Source: Phoronis australis
Taxonomy: Eukaryota > Animalia > Phoronida
NCBI GenBank assembly: GCA_002633005.1
Contig: NMRA01000035.1
Coordinates: forward strand, 300,646-364,645
Direction of reading: 5' to 3'
DNA: 64,000 bases
Shown: piece after piece, positions 26,821 to 40,700 of the stretch
How positions within the stretch are numbered: position 1 is the first letter of the stretch
Layout: the number at the start of each line of letters is the position of its first letter
Made by a program: the position numbers and the translations under genes
Notes under the pieces: generated by a model
The model's database searches: none
Told to the model about the DNA's origin: nothing
What the model saw: the letters and a program-made list of their open reading frames with translations, nothing else

Positions 26821-29800
26821 ATTTAGACAAAAAGTGGGGAGGAAACACAGGTTTAAAACAATTCGCAGTTTTGTTTCCCTTTAAAAAATTTGACAACTTC
26901 TCTTATTCTGTGACACGTTGGGGTCGTTTCCGTTAGTGAATTGATGCCAGAGTGAACCTAAATCGCAATCTTGTACCATCGCCATTAATTGTGCTATCGT
27001 GTTGACAAACCGATAACACCGCCACCTAACGTCAGAAGCTTGAATTTTCATGAGTTGCCAAAATTTCATTTTAATAAACATTTGCCGGGAGTGATAGCTA
27101 TTCCAAACGATCTAAATCTGCACAGGACGTTGGTTTCATTAATACAACGATCCGTGTATTGTTAACGGGGATTACATTAAAAACATGTTTCCGACGCTTA
27201 AGCCGCTGGAACCTGGAATTGAATAATAATACACAGATCGATCTATGTTGCTCGAATGAAAAGAAACAGAACGCTAAGTTTTGTCTCAGTACTAAGATTT
27301 CTTAAATACGTTGCTTTCGCTAAACAATTGTCGTAAAATAGTCCATAAGAAACCGTGATAGTTGCCGCGCAACAACAATTAAGAAAAGAACTGTTTAGTC
27401 AAAAGAAACGTAACGAAAACACCACGTTACCCGTAGCATAGGAAAAAGTGAAATCTTAACTTCAAACCACTCTTAACTATAAAGTGTAAATTTTCATTCA
27501 GTTCAGCCAAGAAATCATGGAATAGTATTGAAATTATTCGATAGTCGCACTTCTTGTCATTTCATTCAGTAACCATAAATGACACGTCATTGAAACGTTA
27601 GACGAATCATACCATGGTTGCAAGGTCAAGCCATGTACTTTGTTGTTTTTACTTTCACCAAAACTTACAACAGGTGCTCAACCACTGTTTTAATGTTTAG
27701 TGGAAACAAAACAAAAACAGCTTCATTAGTAATTTATAACGAATTCTTTCGTGTACGATAAACGATAAACACAGTTATTGGCCACCATTAAAATCACCTA
27801 GACGGGCATTATTAAAGCGTCATATCGCTCTTTTTGGGAGATCAAATCGAACCTTTAACTTATAGTCGGTGTTACAACATTCCATACCGTCACAAGACTT
27901 TATTTCCGTTACAAACAAGAACATCGAAACCACCAGGCAGCAACTCAAGAAAATGTGTTTATTTGGGTTAGCCGTCCTAGAATTCCGAATTCGAAAATGT
28001 CACGTGCACGCATTGCGGGCAACTTGAATTGGTACCGGAAATAGAATCCTATCAGGGTAAGGAATATTATGAGGACGATTTTAATAGAGTTGAAGACCTA
28101 ATTTGATTTTCGTTTTTAGCCATCCAAACAGGTTGAAGTGCAATTTTAAATTACCCTTTCATCCACCTTTTAAAATTTTCCAGTTAATTCCCAGTTTTGG
28201 AAGCATGTCGACATATCAAGAGTGTTTTTAAAGTCCATGAACTGAACTTACCTATTACACTTTTCAGTATTTTTTATTTGGTTGGCCTACTTTGAGTATC
28301 TTAACAGTTACCATGGTCTTAAAATGCCGCTATGAGTGCTTCGTTTTAGCAAAAAAACGTCATAAATGAACTTTAATGCAAACCGATTTACTCAATTCTT
28401 GTTCAAAAACGACACTTTTTTACATTGAGTAAAGAAAATATTAATTACTTAATTTATGATTGTGCACAATAAAATGCTTGCCACAATTGAATGGCACCGA
28501 ATTCAACATTCTACAAACTATAGCAAGTAAAAAACACGCACTTTTGATGTAGCGTTTTTTGCCAACAGTAACGGCTGCGAAGTTCATTATTTTATGACCG
28601 TAATAAAGTCCTGTGATACTAAAGTGCTGCATATTTGTAAATCGTATATGGTAAGATTAGACTAGTATTTTAAATTCTTTCTCTGATCACTTGTACGTTT
28701 ATACTACGAAAATACAGGAAAAAACTCCCACGCTGAAGAAATATGTTGAACTTTTGTGCAATTCAAAAAACGCCAATGATTACAATAAGAACAAAATTCA
28801 GCTTACGAATGATTGATGAATGGCGCATTCTCGCTATGCTTTCCCATAGCATTTGTAGCATAGATATTTCTTTACAAAAAGAAGTCTGATTCTCTTTGCA
28901 TTTTTTACCGAAATTTAAGAAAGAATATGTTTGCGAAAACATGACTCTTACTTGTGGTAATAAATCAGGCCCGGCATACGTGCCAACCTTTCACCAACCT
29001 CTCATTATTGTAACTATGGCGACGAGGTGTGATGAGCCAATCAGGTGGCTAGAATACCGATACAGCTGAAATTGACTAACTCTCTAGCCGCGTTCCCACA
29101 GTTTAACAGAAATCGAATACGCGTGTGATCACGGTTAGCAGACCATAAATAAGCTATCTACGGAACTTATTATTTTTTATGTTTGTCGAAGTTAACCTAG
29201 AGGGCTCAATTTGTTTATGTTATACTTAAAATTATTTGTTGAAACAGATCAAGACGGCCTTGTCTAAATTTAAAATTATACTGGATACTGTTTTGATTTA
29301 ATCATGATTTTTTGACGGTGTTAATTTTCAGCTGTTGATGTTGATTTCACTTGAGTTGCGCAATTACAAAATTCTGAATGTTTGCATATCGTAATATCTT
29401 GTCGCAAAATACTCGTTATTTTTCAAATTGTACAATAAAGTAAACAAATGACGAAATCACGGTATACTTGTCAGTCCTAATAACAACAACGGCAAACGGT
29501 TCGCTAAGAGAAGTTCTGTAACAAAGGTGTATAAAATGGAGGATTTATTATGAAATTGAACATGTCTAACTTTCAGGCAGATACAAAATTAATCAAGTCT
29601 AACACTTACTACAGTGATTTTGAAAGTAGCGCAACCGTTAACCTTGCTTCATTCCATTTCTGCATGGAGATTAGAGACGACCACTCTTATAATACAACCG
29701 TCATTTATATATATATACTTGTTATGTCTCTTAGCGATCTGCTCAATTGTTGTTAATTGGCGAATCGACATGTACAACAAACGAAGTTGCACTAGTGAAT

Positions 29801-32800
29801 TAATATTCTTTTAAATATAGGGAACACTTGTTGTTTAGTAAAAATATCGGCTCTACAATAATTGTATGATTGTCTAAATTAAATTTCATATTCGTGATGA
29901 GGCCAGTTACGTCATAGGTCAAACGCATCAAAACTCTCTTGAGAAACTGTACAGAATATGTAACATTTTATCAAGATTTTAGTTTTCTTACTGTTTCGAA
30001 AAACTACAGACAGTATTGTTTTGTGGCTGATAAAATTGATTTCTGAAAGGACAGTTTTCATGCAAGTTCGATAACCACAGGCACATTTCATTGAAGTTCA
30101 TCTTAATAATCCTAACCGCAGCACGTGGTTGATTCAAACGAATCACAGTTTACGAGTTAACACCATCTCGTTACTGGGATCTTGAACAAAAGGTCCATTT
30201 AGCCACAAGAAGGAACAATGACACTGCACGATACTGAGAAAGAGCAAAATAAACGACTCTAATATTTGTCAAGTTATTTAACTTGAACCAGTAATTACTG
30301 GAAATAATAAGGAACGAGAGTTCACCATTTTCTATATAGCCTGGGTTGAACACTTGGCTAACAGGTACTATTGAGAAAAAGTGATCCTTCACACAAGAGA
30401 GGCGCTTGAGTTAACAATACTAAGTGTGTTAGCAAGCACTTGTGAAAAAATCGATAGCAGTTCTACAAATCTCTCACGGTAGCTCTTGTCGAATTAATCG
30501 TCGACAACCCTCTCCCGTCACAGAACCATGGTTTGGGATTAGCTCTGTAATATGTATGCGCTATAATTATTTATTGTTAACTTTGACTCGGTGGCTGAAG
30601 TAAAAAAATACCTTGTCCGGTAATCCTCGTCGTGCATTGTTACCATGAAAGCGAGTCGCGTGCGTCGTATTTGTTTTGGAACTCAGCGGTAGTTTTATTT
30701 TTATAACGATGTTGAAACGCACCTGATTGTGCGTGAGCCAGATATGATTTATATAGAAGTTTCAAATTGGGGTAGTTTACTATAACAACATGGTGTGTTT
30801 ACTCGAACAAACAATAGGTGTCAGTCTGAATGAACTCCGTGAAACAAAAGCAAGTTGGTCCGTAAATGAGTCAATTAAAGGGTTCGTGATCACTCAACAT
30901 TTTTGACCTTTCATGACAAAGATAAAAATTGATAGATATTATGTCTATCTTATGACATCTCAAGTATTCACACAAACATGACGTGTATCTAAATTGAATT
31001 TTTTAGTGTTTGTGAAATGAAATCACGTGAAAACAAAATTTTATAGTATCGTTTTGACGAAGCTAAACCTTGTTTTCAGAAATTTCTAATTGTTTTAACA
31101 TTGGGAATGAACTTCTTCTGTTCACTTGGCCCACGCGCGTGGTCGTTGTATTGTTTGTGTTGTTCTTTGTGTAGGACCTTTTATGAAGAATTAAACATTA
31201 GGACGCAATGTAAAATGTATATTTATTTATGAAACGTAACGTACGATTTTGTGCACTGTATGTGAATGAAATTGGATCGAAACGTCGACAGAAATTAAGA
31301 AATTTCATTGAAACTATCAGGTTACATATTTTTCGTAACAGCGCTTCAGCTGGTTGTAGCTTTATTGTGTGTTTGTTTTTGCGTGCAAGGACGATCCGGT
31401 GTTTTGTTATTGATGAATTTCACCTTGAACATTAGACGATAGGATATGCATTGTGATGTGGTTATGTCGTTCACGGCAATGATATGTTGTGATAAGAACT
31501 AGATACTATTCAACTGAAGCGTACGGAATCATTGTTTGGGTCATTCAGAACCAATTTTCTCACGTTGTGAATTTAAATAGCTCAATCGGGTGACGCAAAC
31601 GCCCAATAAAAGCCTCCTATTATGTTTAGGAACAGAGTTTAGGGAGGCGCGATTGTGCGCGTGACCAGTGTTTTTGTAGGGTGTTCTGATTTCGATACTC
31701 GTACAAAAGATGACATTGGCAAAATTATGGTGATTAGTATGAATGTTTTTACAAGTTTGCTTTTGTAATGATATCGTAGTTTAGTGAGCGGCATTAGCGG
31801 ATGCTACATTTCGCGTTAATTGTTTCACATCCGGCATGTGTTTCCATCTATTGCCTTTCTCATACAAAATGCCGTCTTTACAGACGAGTTCTTTGCACAC
31901 AATTGCAAAGGCAGTCGATTGATGACAAAATTATGAAGAAACGATACTTTTGAAAGCAATCCCAGGGTTTGTAATCAAGTTCTGACTACTGTCTGCCTAA
32001 CCCAAATTATCGAGCGGGACCACTCGAGAGGAACCCTGTCCACTGTCCAGAAAATACTTAGGTCTACATGGTCTGGCGCAAACCGAAAGCTACAAGCTGA
32101 GCTGAATTTCTCAAGTGATCGATAGCTGAGTTGACAGCTCACGTCAGTGCGGGAAAATACGACAGTTGGATGAACTCGTCTCTAGTTCAAATTGTTCTCT
32201 TGTCGTAAGCTCTTGGTTCAGTTATCGTTCACCCAAGGCAGGCACTGTAGCAGCTCAGCTCGTAGGTCTCCTCATGGCGCGCACTTTTCGGTCACTGGCA
32301 TCAAAATTGTTAGTCGGTAACTAACCAACCCTTGAAAAGTAAATTTGTTTACACAGCCAAGTATTGGCTATAAAATTGTATGCAGTATGCAGGGTAGATT
32401 TCGTGGCATGGACACTCTTTGTGCGTGGTAAGAGTTCTTTCAGTAAGTGACAGTAATATATGGAGAGTAGGCCTACTCCGTGGTCAGATTACAATTGCCA
32501 CGTCTTGATTTCACAAGTTTATATTCGCTAGTCGTTTTCTAGAATACCATGGACATTTTTCAAAAAGCTGCAGGAATTATTTTATAACACGTTTTGAAGC
32601 TGCACACAGTATGACCAGTCTTTTGCTTTTGATCGAGGCAGTTTGGATTGATATTTTGGGCGACAGAGTTTTTTAATTTTAATTGGATAAATCACTGCAA
32701 ATAATGAACTTGCCTGAATGATCTTCGAACAAATTAACGTTGTGCTATTTTGGTATTCCCTGAATGGTCCTTTTGGTCGATGACAGGAATCGTCTCCTGT

Positions 32801-35800
32801 TATGACCTGCGGTGTCAAATTTCTCAGTGTCCCTTGTTTTTTGCTCAATGTCATCACAGTTTCTTGCATACCACCCGGACTTCCGTTTTACCCGTCCCCC
32901 TTTGGCCACGAAGAGCCCTGTGACTGCAAGGCAGGGCACCTAATTTGCAAGGGTCCCTTAGCAGCAGCTCAGTTTGGTTTATGCCCCAGCATTGATAATG
33001 TGGAAAGGAGCGAGTTATATTTCGTGTTGGTGAGTCATCAGGTCATCAGGCTTATAAATTGCCTCAAGGCATAAGGCAAGAAACAAAAGGTAAATCACTG
33101 TTCAGTAGCCTACTCATCTGTCCCTAGATGCGGAAGATCAATCATGTGATATGCTGAAAGGGTTTTTGAACGAAGACTTATTTGCGCGTTAAAAGTGCTT
33201 ATTCAACACTTAGATTTGGTTAGTCTGCGCGAAGAAATGATCATTCGACAAAGAACAAAGATGTTGCGGTACGCATACCTGCACTCAGTCTGCGTACTTT
33301 ATTTCAGTACCTGCTAAACCCAATAGATCGATGGGTGTCACTTACCATAACTACTGAAGGAACCTGATGAGGCTTCCTGATCCTGTATGCCTGCCCTCTG
33401 GACAAAATTCGTACAATGACCATTTCTGACGTGTGTAAAATAATCAGGCAACCGGAAATTTCGGTCAAGACAAACATTTTAGTCAGCTCATCGTCCAATA
33501 GAAAAACACAACAAAACAAGTTGCATCGACAGATGTACAGATCAAATGAGATTGAAAGAAGAAACTGGCATCAATAATTCACGGGAGCAAGTAAAGAGAA
33601 TTTCCAATTGCCCGATAAAATCACAAAGATCCCCATTCAGGGCACCACACCATCAAGACATTCGGACCCGACAACCAAGGATATGAGAATTATTCAACCA
33701 TACAGTATTATTGACCGGATTGGCAAGCTTGAAAATCACTATTAATGAACCATATTCGATATTGTCATAATGGCAAAATTATTGATATTTTTGCCCAAAG
33801 AATCTCGAGAATAGTAAAGTACATAGATCGTTAATGGGAAGGCACACAATCAGAAAGTGTGAAGTTTTCCTCCGTCGCTGCATGTGGAACCGATTGTCTG
33901 ATGTAATACTTATGACCTGTATTATGTGTTGAATCAGTCTTTTCGACAAAGGATTTCAAAGTCGTCGAAATCTTGCCCAAATGTTTTCGCGATTTTTGAA
34001 ATCCAAGTTTAACTCTGAAACCATAACAGTTTAGCAATGGAATGCACAATTCTAAAAATTTCAGAAAATTTCTCATTTTAGGGGAGTTCCAAAACTCGCC
34101 GTGTGATATCCAAAAGGCATGCTCTTATGGGATACCCGCGCTCGACATTTGTGCGTATGCCTTCTGGAGTACCCGGAAAATTTCTGCATGTGGAGATAAC
34201 TCTGGCCAGTTAGATAACGCGCTAGTGTTGCTTGCGAAGTAAATGCCGCATGCCAGGTGCAATGCAAATGTACTCTTTTCCTTAACGCGTGGGCCCATTA
34301 GGCGATTGTCCGGGGCTCCCACTATAATAATAGCGTGATGCAATCACTCTTTGTTTCGGCGAGATAAATATTAGTTAAAACACGAAGAGTTATGTAGAAC
34401 CTTAGTTATTGATAAGTGTGTGTATTCAGCCAAATGTCCCAAAATTATATAAATATTAACTCAGTAAATGTATACATATCTGTAAGTAAATTTTGACATT
34501 TCACTTATCACTTGGTTATCTCTTTTTAGTAAAATTTAGCAAAAAGTTACATTAGTAATAAAAAAAAGTATCAGTAAATAACCAAATTCCGTTTCACCTT
34601 AATGTTTACGATCGAAACTAAAAAACGCTGCTACAATTTTCTAAATTTTAATTATGTTTTCGTTTCATGCAATTTTTATTTTTTCATTAAAATATATATG
34701 TTCTATTTCCGTTATAGCCCCTCATGCAAAAGTGATAGAATCTGAAAGCATGATATGAACCCGATCAGCCACTTCCGAGATACGTTGTTCCGAAATTAGC
34801 CAAGGATACAAAGTTACCACTTAGACCTATAGGTGGCGCTGTGGCAAAGGCTACAGCACGGTGACGGGGGAGGGATTTCAAAATTTTTCTGCCATGATAA
34901 AACTTGGTTTTCCAGGGAAGATGAACTCAAGATTTTAATGCCTCACGGCTCCCTGCAGAAATGTGAAGAAACTGATTAAGGTTACAAAAAAATTGTGCAT
35001 GACATTAATTCGCTAAACATTTTAAATCAGTCATTTGTGAGTGACGAGTAGAGCTGTCTCCTCAAGTTGAACTGCTGTTGGTGTTTGGGCCCCGACTCAT
35101 TTTCCCCATTTGGGAAACTATTAGCCATTTCATTGTCTCAAAAATATACTCAATGATCAACAAAAAATTGTTCGTAGTGCTAGCTTAGGTCAACAATAAT
35201 TTTCCGAAAGCACTTGAATCACCCTAGTGACTGAGTCGGGCTGCAATGGCAAATGACGGTCGGCCCCGTATGTCGACTCTGAGAACGATCGTGCGATGAC
35301 TGACCCGCGCTATAGCCTACTACTACCGTAACTAGTCACGTCGATATTCGCACACTACTAATTCAGTAGGCCTAAGATTCTAAATAAAATTACGTAGTTT
35401 TCCAGCGGATCTTCAATTTAGATTAACAGTACATGCCACCGTACGGGCCTCGCGCCCCGGGGACAACTCATTTCCGGCAAAGCACGGTCCACATTCACAC
35501 AGAATTGGTGCTGAAGTATTATGATAGGATTGAAACGCGACGACTTTAGTGACTAGTAACCACCGTCTTATAGTTGAATAACGGTCAGTGCCATAAAATA
35601 TTTGGAGATCCCATCACATTGCTGTCGTACGGGTGTTTCCAAATTGCCCGGCGCCGGGGCCCCGCCCCGCGATCGGTGGCCCGTGTTTATCAGGGAATCT
35701 AATCGGAGGTTCCATTGTGCAGCGTAACGTAATACCGGAACGGCAATAAAACACTGGAGTGAAACTCAGGTTATTTTGGTTTCTGAATTTGAATTGCCAA

Positions 35801-36361
35801 AATGTTATTTTACCCGAAAAAACGATAAAACAATATTTAACTGAAAACTACCCGAAAGAAACATGACAAAACTAGCCAAAATAGATGCGTTAAGTTTCGC
35901 CGGGTTCTCTCGTTCCAGTTGGTGAATGGTAGTAGGCCTACACTGTAACTCATTTAAATCTAGGACCCAATGCAATGTTAAGTTTATTGGGCCTCATGAG
36001 CGCCGGCCGGGGCACTCAGTGATGACTAGTTGGCAGGCCAATCGCCATCAGCCATTTATGTTATCATTTCTTATGTCAAACATTCTGTTGGTAGGGGGTT
36101 CCCTGAGTGCATTTGCTTTGTCCGGCGGTGCGAGTGAGGCAAGAGTGAACCGGCAAGTCAGTGCAATGACCCACGTTGTTGGGAGCAAAGTGAACTCAGT
36201 CACAGGCAACCCTCCTAGTCTGGGACTTGGCTTTCAGTTTTATTCTATCCACAAGATGTCGCGACGACTTATTTACTACCTCCGTCTATGAAGAAGCTTA
36301 GGAACAGCTTCCGGTCACTAATTTTTATGGATGCATGCCATCTTCACACCAAGGAATCGAC

Positions 36362-36446
36362 ATGGGCAGCGCTTGGTGTTCGAAGGATTGCTGCCTTGAA
36401 TACTTTGTTTGGATCTGTAGATTTTGGGGAGTCGTTACAGCAATAG
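36362..36446 (+). CDS. TMEM72: TMEM72-like exon 1 (upstream duplicate copy, identical coding sequence)
   Basis: Same 85-nt sequence as 37639-37723; lies just before the N at 36503, so probably an assembly duplicate. Confidence 0.45.
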
Positions 36447-37638
36447 GTGAAATGGCTGATTCCGATATTTGTCCAACACATTTCAAACGTCTTGACAACT
36501 AGNGCGGATGACCTAGTTTACGAATTGCTGGTAATGTTAGTCGGGCTGCAATCACTATGGCAAGAATGTCGACCCCGTATGTCGGAACTCTGAGAATCGT
36601 GCGATGAGCCGCGCTATAGCCTACTACTACCGTAACTATAGTCACGTCGATATTCGCACACTACTAATTCAGTAAAATTGCGTAGTTTTCCAGCGGATCT
36701 TCAATTTAGATTATCAGTACGTGCCACCGTACGGGCCTCGCGCCGACAAAAAGTTAAAATTTCCGGCAGCTCGGTCCCGACATTCACACAGAATTGGTGC
36801 TGAAGTATTATGATAGGATTGAAACGCGACGACTTTAGTGACTAGTAACTACCGTCTTATAGTTGAATAACGGTCAGTGCCATAAAATATTTGGAGATCC
36901 CATCACATTGCTGTACGGGTGCCGGCAAACTTAATTGCCCGGCGGGCCCCGCGATCGGCGGTGGCCCGTGTTTATCAGGGAATCTAATCGGAGGGTTCCA
37001 TTGTGCAGCGTAACGTAATACCGGAGCGGCAATAAAACACTGGAGTAAAACTCAGGTTATTTTGGCTTCTGAATTTGAATTGCCAAAATGTTAGTACCCG
37101 AAAAGAACATGATAAAACAATATTTAATACCCGAAAACATTAATACCCGAAAGAAACATGACAAAACTAGCCAAAATAGATGCGTTAAGTTTCGCCGGGT
37201 TCTCTAGTTCCAGTTGGTGAATGGTAGTAGACCTACACTGTAACTCATTTAAATCTAGGACCCAATGCAATGTTAAGTTTATTGGGCCTCATGAGTGTAG
37301 GGTATTGGCAGGCCAATCGTGCCATCAGCCATTTATGTTATCATTTCTTATGTCAAACATTCTGTTGGTAGGGGGTTCCCTGAGTGCATTTGCTTTGTCC
37401 GGCGGTGCGAGTGAGGCAAGAGTGAACCGGCAAGTCAGTGCAATGACCCACGTTGTTGGGAGCAAAGTTAACTCACGGCAGGCAACTCTTCCCGGTCTGG
37501 GACTTGGCTGTCAGTTTTATTCTATCCACAAGATGTCGCGACGACTTATTTACTACCTCCGTCTATGAAGAAGCTTAGGAACAGCTTCCGGTCACTAATT
37601 TTTATGGATGCATGCCATCTTCACACCAAGGAATCGAC

Positions 37639-37723
37639 ATGGGCAGCGCTTGGTGTTCGAAGGATTGCTGCCTTGAATACTTTGTTTGGATCTGTAGATT
37701 TTGGGGAGTCGTTACAGCAATAG
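37639..37723 (+). CDS. TMEM72: TMEM72-like exon 1 (downstream copy)
   Basis: ATG at 37639, donor ATAG|gtgaaa, phase 1. Confidence 0.85.
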
Positions 37724-40700
37724 GTGAAATGGCTGATTCCGATATTTGTCCAACACATTTCAAACGTCTTGACAACTAGCAGTTGCAGACTAGTCAGAGT
37801 GATCAGAATGAGTGATCACCGTCTCTAGCTGACCCACACGGTGGGCATACACCGTAAGCTTTTCAACAAATTATGCCTCACACTGACTAAAACATCAAAG
37901 TTGCGTTGTTGTAAATACTTTTCGCACATAGAGTCATAGAGGGACACTTTAGGAGGCCGTCGATGTATTTAATTTCTTCCAACAGCAAGAAATCCTCCTG
38001 CCTCCTGTTATCAAACGGGGATATGGCATCATATCACCTGCTGCCCGCAGTGTTAAAATGATGAGTTACCAATTATGAACTGAATGGGGACCCACTCAAA
38101 GAAAAAGTTTGATAACGGGAGCATTTGTTCGAGTTGAAAGGAATTAAATACATTGACGGACTCCTTAGGTGTCCCGCTATGCATATTTATTACAATGTGA
38201 CTTTGATATACTAATCATTGTGAGGCATAGTTCACCGAAAAGCTCCTATAGAAGCTCAACAGTCTCTACTGAGCCAACTAGAGACTGTGGTCACTATCTA
38301 GTAGTAGACAAGTCCTTCTTCTTGGTTCAAGTGACCACACTCTCTCCAGAGTATTATGTCACTGTATAACAATGGATATCAACAAAGATGAAAACAATTA
38401 TAACAAGTTTAAAAATACATTCATAGTGGACGTCACTTCAGAGACCAGTTAACATAGCTAGATCGTTTACAGATAGGGCAGACAATACTTCACAATGGCA
38501 GATAGCTTGCTGACAAAGATGTCAAGAGAAGGGGCTGAAGTAATGTAGACTGGCAAGCTATTCCATTCAGCGACTGTTGTAGGAAAGAATGTCTTTTTCT
38601 TGTAACCTGTCCTCATTTACTGGAATCCTATAATTGGGTGATCTCATGGTACAGATGCCAAGAAGAGCAGGAACTGTTTCAGGGATAACATCAGTCATGT
38701 CAGTAGTGAATACAAATAGATCACCCATTGCCCAGCATTTTGAACTACAAAACAAGCCATACTTTTTGTTGACAATGTTTGTTATATGGCAAAAGTTGTC
38801 TCTCTCTTCAATTTACCATTGACTCCCACTTTAAAAAGTGGTAAATTGACAAATTAAGCTCCTATGGCTCGGCATAGATTCGTTTAATGTTTTAATTCTT
38901 GTGTAAGTTTGCAAGGAGTTGGAGAAGCCAGCTTGTTTTACGGCCATCCTGAGATGTGCCTCCAAATAATTAGACAACTTTTTCGAGATAAGGTTGTGTC
39001 CCGTTCTTGCCATTTAACTTGTGCTGTAGGAGTAATATGACCGTTATAGTCCAAGCTTGAGCTACAGTCCATTTTTTGTCAAATTACCATAAAAACCATG
39101 AAAGCCATCATTTGTCACATTGGTCAGTGTTCGCCCAAGGGTCATCCTGATGAAGCCTGTATGCCGGAAGATTTTTGGTTGGCAAGTTACATTTAACCCT
39201 AGCTAAACTATTAATGCTACAATACTATGTGCACCTTATGAGTGTAGATGGACACCTTTGGACGTACTAGGAGTCTTTAAATCCTTCCAGCTTGGAAAAA
39301 TACTACCACAATCAGCTTTTCCTCGAGTAGTCCTTTGTTTCTTCAACGAAATTGAAGACTGGACGCTATTGCAGTCAATCTGCTTGAGGCCAAACAGAAA
39401 TGTACAGAGGGTTATGGGGCGGTAACCTGTCTGCCTGCCACACCGAGACTCTCGGAGAGGCGGCACCACAGATGGCGACCTGCCCTACACTTACAAAAAT
39501 TAAGGCCCGATGGGCCCACCTTTCAAATGTTTTGCGTTCCGTGTCGATGTCATGGGGCTCATTAAAACAATCTAGAGAACATTCAATTTCACCAGCTCTG
39601 AATGATGCTCACTGTTTTGAAAAATTACGTAGATGTGGTTAATAATTTATTCTTTTTTCAATTTGGAAAGTACGGGAATACAAACAATGAATGAAACTAA
39701 GGATTTTGATATCNTGGGAGTAATATGACCGTTATAGTCTAAGCTTGAGCTACAGTCCATTTTTTGTCAAATTACCATAAAAACCATGAAAGGCATCATT
39801 TGTCACATGATCAGTGTTCGCCCAAGGGTCATCCTGATGAAGCCTGTATGCCGGAAGATTTTTGGTTGGCAAGTTACATTTAACCCTAGCTAAACTATTA
39901 ATGCTACAATACTATGTGCACCTTATGAGTGTAGATGGACACCTTTGGATGTACTAGGAGTCTTTAAATCCTTCCAGCTTGGAAAAATACTACCACAATC
40001 AGCTTTTCCTCGAGTAGTCCTTTGTTTCTTCAACGAAATTGAAGACTGGACGCTATTACAGTCAATCTGCTTGAGGCCAAACAGAAATGTACAGAGGGTT
40101 ATGGGGCGGTAACCTGTCTGCCTGCCACACCGAGACTCTCGGAGAGGCGGCACCACAGATGGCGACCTGCCCTACACTTACAAAAATTAAGGCCCGATGG
40201 GCCCACCTTTCAAATGTTTTGCGTTCCGTGTCGATGTCATGGGGCTCATTAAAACAATCTAGAGAACTTTCAATTTCACCAGCTCTGAATGATGCTCACT
40301 GTTTTGAAAAATTACGTAGATGTGGTTAATAATTTATTCTTTTTTCAATTTGGAAAGTACGGGAATACAAACAATGAATGAAACTAAGGATTTTGATATC
40401 ATTTCTTGAAAAAATTCAAAATTGCATCCTGGGTTGTGGCAAATGAAAGAAAAATGCTGCCTCAGACGAACGCTAAAAGTTTCAATTTGTTGGCAAAACT
40501 CCAATAGTAGGGCAGGATGAAAAAGTTTTGGGTGACACATACCAGTACATACATGCTTTGGGCCATAAGTATGACTCGTTCAATAGTTCACGACCAAGAG
40601 TGTGAATTTGTAGTGTTTGTTTTATTCGCAACCATATTAACTTAGGTGTTGTGAATGTATTGCAAGTAAAGTAAATGTGTGGTGGCAGATCTACGCAGGG

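Larger units (their letters stand above)
35230..37779. repeat. ~1.27-kb direct duplication either side of the N at 36503 (includes TMEM72-like promoter and exon 1)
   Basis: ~35230-36502 versus ~36540-37779; ORFs 35926 and 37221 are near-identical; small indels are concentrated in the left part of each copy. Confidence 0.9.

Noticed and set aside
35926-37568. 121-aa and 115-aa ORFs
   Set aside because: Lie in the promoter region of the TMEM72-like gene, differ between the two copies by indels, and show no domain signature.
39027-40400. Duplicated ORF pairs of 77 and 80 aa
   Set aside because: Intronic, unrecognisable, and duplicated exactly around an N; probably an assembly overlap of repeat-derived sequence.
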